Below the pieces are notes generated by a model. That model saw only the letters and a list, made by a program, of their open reading frames with translations, was not told where the DNA came from and did no database searches. DNA of 64,000 nt from Eremomyces bilateralis CBS 781.70 (taxonomy: Eukaryota), in the NCBI GenBank assembly GCA_010015585.1, contig ML975156.1, one strand, 5' to 3'. Within the stretch, counting starts at the first letter, position 1. Each line of letters starts with the position of its first letter. Below, in pieces: positions 27,119 through 41,537 of the stretch. A program made the translations under genes and the position numbers.

Positions 27119-28668
27119 ATGAGTCTCCGGCAAGGTGTGCCGCAGTACGCCCAAGGGAACGAAGCCGTTCGCGCCGTCGCCGACGAATCTGATGCCGAAG
27201 AAGATGCCCTTGTGAACGATTACCGGGAACAGGTTCAATACAATCAGGATGGCATGGACGACTTGGAACGAACGGTGTCCATCGGTACGGGCGCGGGACA
27301 GGACATCCACGCACAACTACAGGCGGCAGCCACCCCGCTAGAATTCCAGGCGTCGCTGGAGACCAAGTTCGCGAGCTACGACAATTATTGCACGCTGTTC
27401 CACTTCATCTTGAATTCGGAGGGGCCGGTGGATTTGGAAATGCCGAATGTAAGGTCTCGGGAATATTGTGCGACTCGTGTCACTGACCACCTGGCAGCAT
27501 TACTGGGCATGGGACGTGATCGACGAGTTCATATACCAGTTCAACAGCTTCTGCAGCCACCGACAACGGGTCGCATTGAAAGCCGACAATGAGGCGGAAA
27601 TTCAGATCCTGCGCGATAGCCCAAATACATGGGGCTGTTACAGTGTCCTCAACGTGCTCTACTCCTTGATCCAAAAATCACAGATCACCGAACAGCTGGC
27701 AGCCAGCAGAAGAGGCGAGGATCCCAGCCAATTTGCCGGAGAATATGGCAATCGACAACTCTACAAATCTCTGGGATATTTCTCAATAATCGGACTCCTC
27801 CGAGTCCACTGCCTGCTTGGCGATTTCAGTCTGGCCATCAAGACGCTGGACGATATCGAACTGAACAAGAAGGCCACTTTCGCACGAGTCATGGCCGCTC
27901 ACTTCACCACCTACTACTATGTCGGATTCTCCTACATGATGATGCGCCGATACGCCGATGCGATCCGCATGTTCTCCCACATCCTCATCTATGTCTCCCG
28001 GACCAAGAACTTCCAGAAGAATTCGCAGTACGAGAACGTGGCGAAAAAGAACGACCAAATGCATGCATTGATCGCCATCTGCGTTGCATTCCACCCCACC
28101 CGGCTCGATGACACCATCCACACGGCGCTCCGAGAGAAGTACGGCGAGAAGTTCAACCGACTTCAGCGAGGCGGCCCGGAAGCCCTTCCCATCTTCGAGG
28201 AGCTCTTCCGTTCCGCGTGCCCGAAATTCATCTCCCCAACCCCGCCGGATTTCGATAACCCGGAGATCAACGTGGATCCCATCGACCACCATTGCGCCAT
28301 CTTTATGGAGGAGGTTAAGAACCATATGTGGTCTCCCACCGTCAAGAGCTACCTGAAACTCTACACCACCATGGATCTGGAGAAGCTGGCCGGATTCTTG
28401 GAAATTGAGCCGGAGAAATTGAGGAGCTGGCTTCTGGTGACCAAGCAGCGGAGTAGACAGGTCCGGTGGAGCGAAGGCGCTTTGTTGGATGGCGAGGTCG
28501 TGAACAGTAGCGAGCTTGACTATGCTCTTGAAGGGGTAAGTTTCCGTGGTCCACCGTTTGAGTTCAACTACTGACTGGGAATTATAGGATCTAATCCACG
28601 TTTCCGAAGCGAAGGTCGGGAGAAGGCTCGTAGATTGGTACTTGAGAAACCTGGCAAGGACCTATTAG
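27119..28668 (+). CDS. EIF3L: Eukaryotic translation initiation factor 3 subunit L
   Basis: WAWDVIDEFIYQF, LGYFSIIGLLRVHCLLGDF, ACPKFISP, SYLKLYTTM, C-terminal DLIHVSEAKVGRRLVDWYLRNLARTY; 2 introns. Confidence 0.95.
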
Positions 28669-29357
28669 AGGTGACACGTCTCGGATCACGTATCAACACG
28701 CAAAAATGAGTAGCATAGAAGGATATGGGGGCGTTTCACGTGTAACTCTATGGTCATTCAAGAGTTCATGAAAGCATATCGTACTTCGAACTCTTGAACA
28801 CCACGTCAGCGAGTACTAGGTAGACAACGAGGACTTCCAATCATAGAAGCTAGGAGAAGCTTCAAACCGAGGATCTTGAGCGACAAATTGGGGACAGCGG
28901 TGATGCCTATTATTGATGCCACCAGTCCGTTCTTTACCTGTAATCAAGGCTCCTACAAACAACCATAGTTAGACATGAAATCATGGATGTTTCACGTTCA
29001 ATTGGTCTGGTCCGAGAATGTGTTCTGCCTTAAAGCGATGTTGTGGACTCATGGCATGCAGGGTCGGATTTGGTCCAGACCCCTGCCTGTCAAGGGTACA
29101 CGATTTTCAAGCACGTGACCAGAAATATCTCTCGAGTCGGGTTTCCAAGCTCATAAGAAATCATCTCGTAGTTGCTCGGACTTCAATTCCCACCTAAAAG
29201 AGCAACAGTATGTTACTAAGCTCGACAACACTGAGGATTAGACACACTACGCGTATTGTGTCTTCCTTTTGACCTGGCCAAACTGCAGGGACCTCGCAGT
29301 AGACTCCTGCGTTCTGCAGGAGCCGATGCGATTCAGAGGATCTTATGGCTCTTAGGA

Positions 29358-32300
29358 ATGGGCTCTAGACCGGTATGACTTGCAAGATTGAAGACATGGC
29401 ACTTTCTGACCCCGATGTAGACACTATGCATCAATTGCTCTCGACCTATTCGCAGACAGCTTCACACGATATCCTCTTTTAGCCCACGCGACAAGTCATC
29501 GACAGGTAGCAAAGCCCTCGGTCAAGAGAGAAGCCGACACCTCGTAAATCAAGGGTATGGCTTCAAGTTACCAATTGCGAATCGCACGACTCCATCAAGA
29601 ACCTTCCATTCTGGTGTCGCCCGCGGCCATCGACAAGAACTGGGCTGTACCTCGAACAACGAACACACACAGGATGCAGCAACACATATCGAAAGCGGAC
29701 AACATGTGCCTCCGGATCGTTCTTGGACCGATTCTCGCCTAGATGCTTGGTTGAAAAAATACCGGGTAGACAAAGATGCATTTGTGCAATTGCAAGCCCG
29801 TCCACAGGCGTCCTCCTATCCCTCGTTACCACCGGAATTATTCGACCCATCGTCTGGCAGCGCGATTCACAAAGCATTCAAGGAAATCCTGCCTGACGAT
29901 GTACAATGGGCCTTCAGAACTCGGGAACAAAGCTCCAAGGAGCCACGCTTTCGCTCCATGCAGATATTACTAGATGGAAAGAGCAAGCGCATCGCGGCTC
30001 TGGGAGAAGGTTCAACAAAGGATGCCGCGATAAAAGCCGCATATCTGGATTTGGTAGCCAAGCTGGACCACGCGGGACTGCTGAATTCCTTTTGGCTGCG
30101 GAAAAAAGATGCGGGTGTACGGAAGAAGGAGGCCGAGACGTTAGACTTCCTAGGCAGCGAACGGTTTTCCAAGCTGCAAGTCTTCAACTATGCCTCTCGG
30201 TTTGGCTGTTTTCCTAACGTCAAAGTCGAGCGAGTGGAGTCACAAACGGGGTCGTTGCTGTTTCGAACGACGATCTCCCTCCATGAACTTGGTGTCGTTG
30301 GGATTGGAGAAGCTCAAGATGTCGCATTGTCCGAGATATATGCCGCTCTGCATTGCAAGAGCCAACTTGAGCTTCTCAGGTCTCGCGAATCATCAAAACG
30401 GCTCGACCTACGCGACTATAAGGCGCTTAGTCTTGACAACGCTAGCGATTTCATACGATTCTTCCTACGCAACCATCCCGACAGTAGAATCACATTCGAC
30501 GAATCCGTGACGGACCCCTACGGTCTCGGATTCGAGTATTCTCGCGTCCAAATCTGTCTTGACAACCAACCACTGGGTCCTCCGGCGCTGATGTTGGAAC
30601 GTTCCCAGGCGGTACGGACCGCCTTCCTTTTCGCGGCGGTTGAACTCACGAACCAGCATTCCGAGCTGTTTGCGGAATATCACGAGGACCTTCGGGAAGG
30701 GAGAGGACTTACATCTCGGCGCCTTGAACCGGTGTCCTTCCAGATTGACGGGCCGATGCGCGCTTATATGGAAGATGTCATCTCCCAAGCCGAAAAGCCG
30801 GCGCAAGGTGTTCGAATATCTTCTTCTCTGGAAAACTTGTATGAAAAGTTTGCTCATGGCAAATTGGGATACGCCGCTCGACTTGGCACGGTGGAAAAAT
30901 TGCTTGACCGGGATCCCTCACCGCAGACTCCGGAAGCGTCGGAGAATGCGAATCTCGGTTCAGACGACCCAGAGTTCACGCACTCGAATCTGCAGGACTG
31001 GCTTCCAATGCGCGAATACAGCGAGGAGCTTCTCGATATTGTCTCCAACAATCCGTTCTGTATCATCTCCGGAACAACAGGCAGCGGGAAAAGCACTCAG
31101 GTCCCTCAAATTCTTCTGGAGGAAGCGCTTCGTCACGGCCCAGACCAAACGTGTAATATCATTTGCACGGAGCCCCGGCGAGTGGCAGTCACGACTTTAG
31201 CCGAGAGAGTAGCCGCTGAAAGAGCGGAAGGTGTTGGGGATTCCGTGGGATATCGAGTGAGCTTCGATCGAGTCCTTCCCAGGATGCCGCAGCGGGTCAC
31301 TTACTGCACGCCGGAAATCCTATCACTGCAGATGCTTCATTCGAACGAAGACGTCCTCGCAAACTTAACGCACATCATTGTTGATGAGGTGCATGAGAGA
31401 AACGCCCGGACAGACGGACTTCTCTCGCAGCTGAAGCTGGCCTATGACAATCGAGTCCGGGCTGGAAAACCTTTTCCAAAAGTCATCCTGATGAGCGCTT
31501 CACTTGATGGCGGCCTGATTGAGGAGTATTTCAGCTTAAGGACTGCCGATGGGAAGGTAAAGCGTTGCCCAGTGTTGACGGTCCCTGGAAAAGTGCATGA
31601 GGTGGAATACAAAGATCTAGAAGACGTCGACAAAGAGCTGAGCAGCGACACGGTCCTACGAACAGCTCGCACCTTGCTGCGCGACTCGGACTACGAGAAG
31701 TTCATGAAGTTGGAAAAGGCTGTAAAACCACTAGCGTCCAGCCCGTCAAATATGCTCATCGGTTGGAGAAGCGAATGGGAAATTGCTCAGGATCGCGAGG
31801 AGGCGAGGGTATCCTATGCGTTAGTAGCGGCGACCATTGCGAAAATTTGCAAGTCGGACGAGAAGGGTGCGATCCTTGCATTTCTTCCGGGCTGGAACGA
31901 GATCAAACGCGTCGAGGAGCTGCTCCAGCGCGGGAAGGTTTTCGGACTCGATTTCAAAAACACGTCGAAGTTTCGAATCTCCTTGCTCCACTCGACGAAT
32001 CCTGCAGGCATGGAGGAAGCACTCACCCCCCTCCCCGACACATGCCGAAAGATTCTCCTGGCAACCAACATCGCGGAGACCTCCATCACAATTCCCGATG
32101 TTCGATTCGTCGTGGACAGCGCCAAGCAGCGAACGCCTCGCTACGATCACGTTCGTAAATTGTCCGTGTTGGACCGAGAGTGGGTGAGTCGGTCAAGCAT
32201 CGTGCAGCGAGCCGGTCGTGCAGGACGTACGCAGCCTGGGACGTATTATGGGCTTCTGTCCAAGAATCGGCACGAGTTATTGCGAGACACGATTGCGCAG

Positions 32301-33527
32301 CCATCGATCGATTCGAGTCACCTACATCTGGCGTGCTTGCGAGCACGGTCACAGTTTCCGGAGATGTCGCTCCCCGAGTATTTCGCCCAGTTATTGGAGG
32401 CTCCCTCACGAGATGAAGTCGCAGCGGCCGTGAAAGATCTCCAGAATATCGGGGCCATCGGTCCCGATCTCACTGTGACGCTGTTCGGTCGACTATTGGG
32501 AGAGTTCCCAACTCAGCCTTCGATCACTCGGATGATCCTCCTGGGGGTGATGTTCCGCTGCCTTCAGCCTATGATCGTTCTAGGTGGATTCTTGACAACC
32601 AACCAGCAGTTCTTCATGCACCCCGAGACCACCAAAGACAAGCTCCGAGCCGATGCAATTCGCGCAATCTACTCGCAAGGGACGGCGAGCGACCACATCG
32701 CCAGCATTTCCGCCTTCGACGAGCTCCAATCCATCGAGACCAGAGAAGGGCCGGACGCCGCGGTGGAATGGGCCGAGAAGAGCTTCTTGAACATCCACGC
32801 GTTCAAGATCGTCCAGAAATACATGCTGCAAATCCAGCGCGTGATGTGGGACCGGCGCATCGTTCGTGATATCTACTCCGCGGAACACAATGTCAATTCC
32901 ACCGAACTCAGCCTCATCAAGGCGCTCTTCCTCTCCGGCGTCGCCCCCAATGTCGGGCTCCGCAGGACGAGCAACCAATTCTGGACGCGCAGCGGCACGG
33001 AGGCACTATTGCCGATGGACTCCGCTGCAAGGCCGACGCATTGGATGTCAGGGAAGGATGCAGATCGGACACTCTGCTGCTACTCCCATCTCAACGTGGT
33101 TAAAGAGGGCCATCTCGCGATGTTTCGCGACGTGTCCATGGTGACCCCGCTGATGACGGCGCTCTTTGGCGGGCAGATCACACCACACCCGGATGTCGAG
33201 GCGAATTCATTCCGCATCGACAAGTGGTTGCCTATCAAAGTCAACGGGCACGAGGAAAAATCCGAGGCGCTTCAGGTCTTCATGACGTTCCGGGAGATTT
33301 GGGATCAGCTGTCGCATAACTTGCTGGAGGAGTTGAGCTTGCCGGAGCTCACAGAGCGATGGAAGCGGAAGGATCCGTTGTTGCTGACGTCTTTTGTGAA
33401 TGCGATAATTCACCTACTGAACTATGAGAGCGGGTTGCTGGAGACACGGCGAGGGATCTCCACTCAGCCAGCAACGGCGGACGGTCCGGAGCAGATGGAC
33501 GAGAAGGAGTCTGTGACCGGACATTGA
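29358..33527 (+). CDS. DEAH/RHA-family ATP-dependent RNA helicase (DHX30/DHX36-like), possibly mitochondrial
   Basis: GTTGSGKST, TEPRRVA, DEVHER, MSAS, FLPGW, ATNIAETSITIPDV, QRAGRAGR, HA2/OB regions; ATG 29358 plus a 48-nt intron (29373-29420) removes the in-frame stops and gives an Arg/Ser-rich N-terminus. Confidence 0.88.
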
Positions 33528-33707
33528 ATGCACTTGGGTTATGCGGAGATGATTTATTACATATAATTGTACCATACTTGTAACTCTTCCATAGCGTCAT
33601 GCATGTATAGCCGTGGCATACGACACCGTGAGCTAGTTTTCATCCTCTATGGTTCTTCGCTTGGTCTCTCCCTTCCTCTTCAGCCTTCGCTGATTTCCTC
33701 CAGTTGT

Positions 33708-33926
33708 CTATTTCTTCAGCGGCATCGTCTTCGCGAGCTTGGCCTCCGCTTCCTTCTCGAGCGGGTGGGTTGGGTTCGAGGGGATCTTCTTTAGGTGCGC
33801 GGCGGAGGCTTCTTTCACGCCCATGCCGGTCGGAGCGGCGCCAGTCTCGTTGGGATTGGCTTGAGGGTCGGACTGCTGATCGCCCCTCTGGTTCGATGGG
33901 GGAGGAGATTGGCGGCCTTCGGTCAT
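33708..33926 (-). CDS. Small hydrophilic fungal protein (72 aa)
   Basis: MTEGRQSPPPSNQ...SNPTHPLEKEAEAK resembles a widespread small fungal protein (recognised from memory); 5' UTR intron just upstream. Confidence 0.6.
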   Translation of the reverse strand: MTEGRQSPPPSNQRGDQQSDPQANPNETGAAPTGMGVKEASAAHLKKIPSNPTHPLEKEAEAKLAKTMPLKK

Positions 33927-34482
33927 GGTGTGAAGTACTGGAATGCAGTTAGCAGTAAGCATCTAGGGAATGGGATGTGGGATCCTCCTTACTGAAGTGA
34001 CGATGTTGGTTGGAGGCGAGATATTGGCAATGGGCAGTTGTTCAATTGGGCTTAGATTGACGAAGTGAATTATTGTACAACGGCATTTGAATTTAAAACG
34101 GCTTTTATCATTTTATGTATAAACCATCACCAGTCACTGGATTCCATGCTCTTCCCACTCGGCACCATCATATCGACGTCATACTCTCTCACTTGTTGTC
34201 ATCTTTCGGCTTTGGTGTATAATACCTGAATCTGCACTTTTGGTCGTTGTGGCCCATCGGATCGATATTATGTTTACGCCACAACAAACAAGCCACATTA
34301 TATGGCGGACGAAAAGAGCCCAGCGCGTCGAATTGAAAGTTCCACATCTTGAACATCAGCCATCCAGGTCGCATTATCCGTCTCCAGCAGGTCCCTTCAA
34401 AGGCTTCGCTCACTGCATCACATTTACTGCTTTCCAAATAGAATCCTTGTCTATATCGTTGGAATTGCAATCTCTGTACACG

Positions 34483-35959
34483 ATGGCCGGCGCTTCCCGA
34501 CAGGACTACATTGCGCGCGTCCGCTACTCCAATGCTCTCCCTCCACCACCGAATCCCCCCAAGCTTCTCGATGTCCCAAATACAGGCTTGTCGGGAGGGC
34601 AGTACACATCCGCGGGATTTGCATCGAGACTGGCGCGAGAACAGCCGCTCAACATTGAGGCCGATGCCGAGCTTGGGATGCCCATAGACTTGATCGGTAT
34701 CCCTGGAGTGTTCGAGGGAAACGAGCAGTGTGAGTAGAGCCAGACCGAGATGCAGCGCGCATAATACTTTCTAAATCTAACAACCGCCAGATATCTCTAC
34801 ATCAGACCACATTCCACCCGTCCATCCCCATGACAAAGCCCTGCTACGTCCGCTCGCAGCGCTAGGCAAGCCATTGTCACAGGCCTATGGCGTTTCATTC
34901 CTACGGCGAACGGAGTACATCACCGCCTTACAAGGCGGTAGCCGGGACCCGTCCAGCGCGATGCTCCGGCAGAAAACCACAGAAAAGCGGTTCAAGAAGC
35001 CCAACGTTTCCGATGACGACCCGATCAACATCCTGCGCTCCATCATCAAAGGATTCGACGTCGCATATCCACATGACAAGTACACGGGACCGGACACGCC
35101 GAGTAACATCCGCGGCGCACAGACTACGGCGGCGGAGAAAGAAGCGTGGGAACGGCCGAGACATCCTACCAAGCCGCATCTCCGAGTCCTGGACTCCTAT
35201 CCTGTCCTCCCTGACTTCGCCGCCGTCCCCGATACCGGTGCCTACATTGTCGTCAAGTTCAACCCGAACCCCGTCGGCCCCACGGATAAATACGACGACC
35301 GCCTTGACGTCGGCATTCTCTTCCCACAGAACCCCCCACCCCACGAACTAGCGCGATATCGCGAACAAGAGAAGGCTCGCAAGCACGATCCCTCCGCTCA
35401 GTTCGCGATCCCCTTCTACCACTACGATTTCTTCATGCCCAGCGCCGACTCCGTCCGCCCTATCAAGCGCAAGTTCGACGTGCTGGATGACGACAACGAC
35501 GGGGACAAACTTTACACCTGGGAAAGCGGCGTGCCGGAAACCAAGGGGATGAAGTCCTTTAAGTACGACCGGGTCCGCCACTATGAGACGTACCAGCAGG
35601 CCGGCGAGGGCCCCGACGATTGCTTCACGGATACCGTGGGCGTGGCGCTGCATGACCCGGAGGCGACGGAGACGGGCGTCAGCAGCGGGAAGCAGAAGGC
35701 GGCGTACTTGTACGGGATCAGCCAGCGGACGTTCATCCGGCCGAAGAGGGCGAAGATGAGTGCGAGTGCGGCGACCGGGTGCGATCATGACGAGGAGCAG
35801 GAGTTCGATGCGGTGGAGGTGCGGGTGAAGAAGTTGGAGGGCGACGAGTTGAAGAGGAGGAGGAAGACGATGGAGAAGTTCGACGAGAGAATTGGAGATC
35901 AGTTCTTTCCGATGGGCGATGAAGCCATGACTCTGGACAGTCAGGACAGTCAGGAGTAA
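34483..35959 (+). CDS. PAF1: RNA polymerase II-associated factor Paf1
   Basis: QDYIARVRYSNALPPPPNPPKLL, ELGMPIDL, VSFLRRTEYI, HPTKPHL..SYPVLPD; intron ~34729-34790. Confidence 0.93.
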
Positions 35960-36090
35960 TATTTGGGCTCGGGATATCCACGTGCAAGGCGTTTGACGGC
36001 ACACGAAACTATAAAATCGGGCTTGATCACGAGTCTGTTGACGAACACCTCCTATTCATGGTGCGCTGTACTTCTATCCGAGCCTTCCAA

Positions 36091-38403
36091 CTACCAATTC
36101 CACATGCACTTCTGCGACAACACCTTCGTCCCCAGCAGCTCGTACTCCTTCTGATAAATCCAGCTATCATTCCCATTATTGCTCAGCCGTGCAAACACGC
36201 TGCCCCCCTTCCACGCCACCACCTGCTGGTCCAAATCCCTCGGCGGCGCGCCGATCAGCACGTCCTTCACGTACAGCGGCTGCAGCTCGCGCAGCTTCTC
36301 CTCCAAGAATGAATTGAATCCCGCGATCGACCCGCCCCCGCCCACCACCATGATCCCCCCCAGGAAGTCCCGCACCTTCCGGTCCTCCGCCCGCGCCCCT
36401 TGCGTGATGCTGGCGAACACCGCGGCGTCCAGCGACATGATCGGCAGGATCCGGTCGCGTTCGTCGGCGAGCTTCAGCTTCTCGGCGACAGGGTCGACGG
36501 CGGACGGCGCGAGGATCCCGCTGTCATCGGGGGCGTCCTGGGAGCCGGCGCGCTCGGGCTTCGGGGTGCCTTCAGGGGCTGGGGAGCCGGCGACGGAGGA
36601 GCGGGGGGTGGCATCGGTTTCGTGGAGTTGTTTGAGGAGGTTAAAGGACGCGCGGGCGGAGGGCGCGGCGGCGGAGGTGGGGGCGGAGGTGGTGACGGGG
36701 GCGATGGAGCCGTTGTGGGCGTAGGATTGGGAGGCATGTTGGAGGACCTGGGATTGGGCGATAGAGAAGGGGTCGTTGGGACTGCCGTCGTAGAGGTCGT
36801 AGGAGCGGTCGACGAGATGGCGGCGGCCGAGGAGCTTGTCGTCGTGGTTGAAGATTTGAGGGCGGAAGTAAGCCTGTGACAGAGGTTAGATAGGCCCATT
36901 GATGGAAGCTGGGTAGGGTATGGCTTACCATAAGAGCGAGCATCGGCTCATCATATGTCTTGAAGTTGTACTTCCGCGTGTCCTGTCCCGATGCCCGGAG
37001 ATGGAAATCGTAGAGCTGAACGCCGATGTCCCCTTCATTCATCGTGCAAAACTTGTGCTTCAGCTCCTCCGCCAAAAGAAAATCGTAGCGTCGTTTCAAG
37101 TTGATCTCTTGGTAGGGAAAATGGTCGTAGAGCATCATTTTCATAAACGCTTCGGTGACATCCGACCCGCCATATTTCATGTTGACGCGAGACTCTTCCA
37201 CGCACATGCCATCCTCGACGCAGCAGATGGAGGTCTTTTGGGCACCGATGTCCACGATGCATGCCATGGAATATCCCGCGCCGTAGGTGGCGGCGACGCT
37301 CTCTTGCATGAAGCAGACCCTTCGAAATCCGAACTCGCGCATCAACATGTCGAGACAACGGTTGACGTACTCGCGCTCATAGAGGTCGGGGATGACGAAG
37401 CAGCAGCTGTACTTCTGCCAGTCCTTCCGCTTCGTCAAACCCAGCTCGGTTTTCATCGCTTCCTCGATGATGAGGTACAGGTCGTTCCACAGGGGGTTCT
37501 TTTGCTGGTAGTCTTTCTCGTTCAGCCACCCGTTGCGGAGCGGCCAGAGCAATCGATACCGGGGCTGGGACTTCTCGGGGATGCGCAGGGCGGCTTGGCC
37601 GCAGACGTACTCGGGCGCGCTCGAGCCGCCAACCTCCGTCCACTCCACGCGCTGCGGGTCGTTGTGCTCGGTGATGATCTCCGGGTGCGCACGTCGATTG
37701 AAGTTGACCACCAGCTCGCGGGAGTTGGGCATCAACCGCCGCTTATTGTTTCGCATCCGTGTTTTGAGTTCGAGCGCCATGGACATGTACTCTTTGGAGA
37801 ACTGGAGAGGGAATTAGCATCATATGTCCAGGGGAAAGAAAGACGCCGTACCTCCGCTCCAAACTGCTTCTCGGGAGGGACATCCTCGTCCTCCTGACCC
37901 TCCAGCTTGATCCGCTTCGGCTTCGGTTCGCCTCCATCGATCTCGCTCTCATTTTCCTTCGCCTTCCTCGCTATCACCATCGGCACGGTCTTCGGGATCG
38001 GGTCATTCGCGAGCCCGATCCGGAGGTTCTGGCTTCCCGGGTGTATGACAATGAAGGTCGAGCCATGCGCTTCCGGACTTGTCGGTTCCACATCCTCCAT
38101 CCGGTCATCGTCCAACACCACGCCTGCCCGGGCTCGGTCCCGATCGCGCGCTTCCTTCACCATGCGCTGGGTGTTTTCCTCTTGGATCGTGCGGTAGGCG
38201 AGGAACTGCTCATCGCGCTTGAGGTATTCGGTGTAGTAGTTCTTTTGGTTGATCATACTGACGGCAGGCCAGCTGGTTAGGTCGAGGTTATTGTCCGTCT
38301 TCGCAAGGCCTGGATATTCGTTAGTTTCGACTCGCGATGGCGTTCACTTTGATTACGGACCTTCCTCCCTGAGGGCAGCTCGCCCACTCTTCTTACCAAC
38401 CAT
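36091..38403 (-). CDS. ARP8: Actin-related protein 8 (INO80 complex)
   Basis: MVGKKSG start, INQKNYYTEYLKRD, VIHPGSQNLRIG, VDIGAQKTSICCVEDG, WKGGSVF; 3 introns. Confidence 0.95.
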
Positions 38404-39115
38404 CTTGGCTGAAGACCGGGCTATACTATGCGAATTAGAGAGCTATATGAGGAATTGAGATATTGTCGGGAGATGGAGGGTGAGATGAACAAGAGAAGGT
38501 ATCGAATTGTTAACAAGCCCAGCGGTGGGTGCAGAATCCGATTCGAATTCTAGGAGTGTGGATGGAGCTGTGGAATTTCCGAATGATCGAGAAGTGAAGG
38601 ATGCGAGATCCATCCATACCGCATGCCGTCCTCCGTAATATGGTGAAGCTCTCCAAACGGGTCCAAACGGGCGAATCACCTGTAGTTTTCAAGTCACTTC
38701 ACCTCACTCAACTTATCCCATACTCGATTTCCTATTCAGATAGCTTTCAATTACTATCGTCTCTTCTGTAGTTTTGTATTCTCAACCAGATCTCATATTA
38801 TGTTATAAAAGGTGCGCACATGAACTTTAATGTTCTGGAGATCATCAGGGTCATACAAGGGCGTACCTACTGTGTACTATGGGAAGAGCATGGGATATCT
38901 CAGGAAATAAAATCCAAAGTTGCCGTTGTCTTCCTCCTCCTAAATGACAATAGGCAAGACATAAAGCAAGGAATTTAATCATCGTTTGGGGAAAGGCCTC
39001 AGCAGAGAGCGTCGAGGACTCTCAATACACCTTGGACACAGCCATCAATCATCAAACTCCAAGGTATCATCCCTCCAGACGCCGACATCAACCTAACCAG
39101 ACCCAGACCGCGTCA

Positions 39116-41537
39116 TCACTCATCCTCCTCCATTTCCACATCCTGCTCATACTCCTGCTCCTCCTGTCCCGCCAGTTCCCCCTCCACCTCCTCCGCGACG
39201 AACTGCTCATAGTCCTCGAGACTCTTCTGGATATGCACCTTGAACTTGATCACGTCGTTGAGGATCCGCTCGATTTCGGTATGCAGTTCTTCTCGGACGG
39301 CGTCCGCGCGGTCTTTGAGTCGCTCGTACCTGCAATATATGTCAATATCTGTCAAGACTGGAGATCATGACGCTTCACTCACTCTAAGTTGGTATTCATC
39401 TCTCGTTGTTCGGTCATCTGTATGCTATCGCTCAACCCGGTCCTTAGACTCGCGAGCTCTCGCTCCATCTTCTCGACGTGTGTATCGGAAGTCATTTTTT
39501 GCTCGTTGGTCAACTGTGCCCTTGTCAGCAAAGTCCCATGGTGGTTCATTTCTCTCATCTTATGGGTGCTCACCTCTCGCGTCTTCTCAAACTCATCCGA
39601 CGCAGACTTGACGCGGTACTCCAGCTGATCGACCTCCTGCTTCCGCTCATCCAACTCCACATCTGTCTTCAACACTAGGTCGCGGATTTCCTCGTCCTGC
39701 CCCGTGGCCACCATTCGTCGCTCACCGATCTCTTTCCGTAGCGTGTTGATGTTGTTGCGGACCGCACCCTTCAGGTCAAGATTGAGGAGCTGGTGCGGCT
39801 GGTACCCGTTCCCGGCATCCGTTAAGAATCGGTCGTCTTCGGACTGCGACCCTTGGGAAGTGCTGAAGTGTGAGCCGTCAGAGACAGACAGGACGAGCTC
39901 GTAGTTGATTCCTTTGGCATTGGAAGCGGTGGAGGGGATGATGCCAACTTCGTAACCTAAGGAGTTATAACGCTCCATTGTGTTTCGCAACTCCTCGAGT
40001 TTGGCCTCGGCTTCGGCTTCTCGCTCCCCTACCCGTCTCCTTGCTTCTTCCAGTCGAACTTGAGTGGCCTCGACGCCCTTGGACATGCGTTCTCGGTCGG
40101 CATTCATGCGGTCGATGTCTTGGATCGGGATGCCTTTGCTGTCCAGACAGTCTTGCAGCTCCCGCCGTTCTCGATCAGCTTCATCGACTTCCTGCTCGAC
40201 CTTCTGGATTTCTTCCTCGAGAAGCTGGATGCGGTTCTGGTATTTCTCCACTTTGGCTTCCATGTTCGCGTTGTACTGCTCGAATTTCCCCTTGTCCTCC
40301 TCTAGGATCTTGATCGTGTCGTCTAGCTTCTTCATTTTCTCCGCGCCACGGCCAAGCTCTTCGACCTGATCCGCCAAGGCCTTGCTCTCTGCTTCAAGCA
40401 GCTTGACTTGCTCCAGATGCTCGCGATTCGCCGCTTCGAACTGCCCGGCCATCACATCGATGTGCGGTTTGATGATCTTCTCCGCATTCTCGTCCGACTC
40501 ATCGTCTTCGACCGACAACCAGTCTCGATATGCGTTCGACAGAAATGTGAAGATGATTCGATCTCCGGTCACATCGTAACCCGCCTCCATGCATGCATCG
40601 TCATATACTCCCGATGCATATCCATCCATGATCCGCGCTAACTGCATCATCCAATGCAAGAGGCCCAAGAAGATATGCCAATTGTTTCCTCCCACGGCCG
40701 CAATTTGGCTTTTCATGATGTTCTTCTCAAACGGATACCGCAGCTGCTTCAGCAACGGCGGCACCTCCGCATCGATACTCTTCAGAAAGCGGTACGATGG
40801 GTCCAGCCGCTTATACAGCCACTGAAACATGCAATTGAAATCCTTCTGCGTCGGCGACGTGAACGCCTTGGCGGATAGACTGTATTTCATATCCATCTCA
40901 AAGTTGTTCTCCGACAGATACTCCATTAGCTCGTGTGCCATCTGCGCACGCGTGCTCCCGTCTTTTAACCGTCGCGGATCCTGCGGGACGGTCGGCGGCG
41001 CCGGGGCGGTTTGGAAGAACGATTGTCGCGATGCGCCGCCTCCGCCGTTCACCCCCGACGGACGCGCGCTGAAGATGCTGCTCCGTCGCTGCGCGCTGAG
41101 ATCCAGGCCGAACGACGGGGGACGCGGGGTCGAGGCCGCCATTGGGGCGAAGGTGGATCGCCGCTGCGACGACATCATGTTGTTGGTCGAGTTGCGGTGA
41201 ACGCTCGCGAAGCCATCGGCGAGGTTGGAGCCAGAGGAGGAGCGGTGGAGTTGGGATGTGCGGTTTGGGGCGAGGGAGAGGCGGGAGGTGGAGGTGGACC
41301 GGCCGTGGGAGTTGAGGTTGTTTTGGGAAGTGGAGCGCTTCATGGCGGAGGAGGGCATGGGGATCGCGGAGACGTTGTGATTGATACCGCCGAGAGTCTA
41401 TGTTAAAGTTAAGCGGTTAGTATACCAGCATTGGTTTGGAGGTTGAGCGCAATTGCGATGCGATGCGAATGGTGTGGGGAGTGTGGACTGACTTCTCGTG
41501 GTCTTCGGACTGAGAACAGTCCGGACTCGTGCGCCAT
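39116..41537 (-). CDS. NDC80: Kinetochore protein Ndc80/Hec1
   Basis: Ser/Arg-rich tail, [42 protein letters not shown] (CH domain), long coiled coil, [14 protein letters not shown]. Confidence 0.95.
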
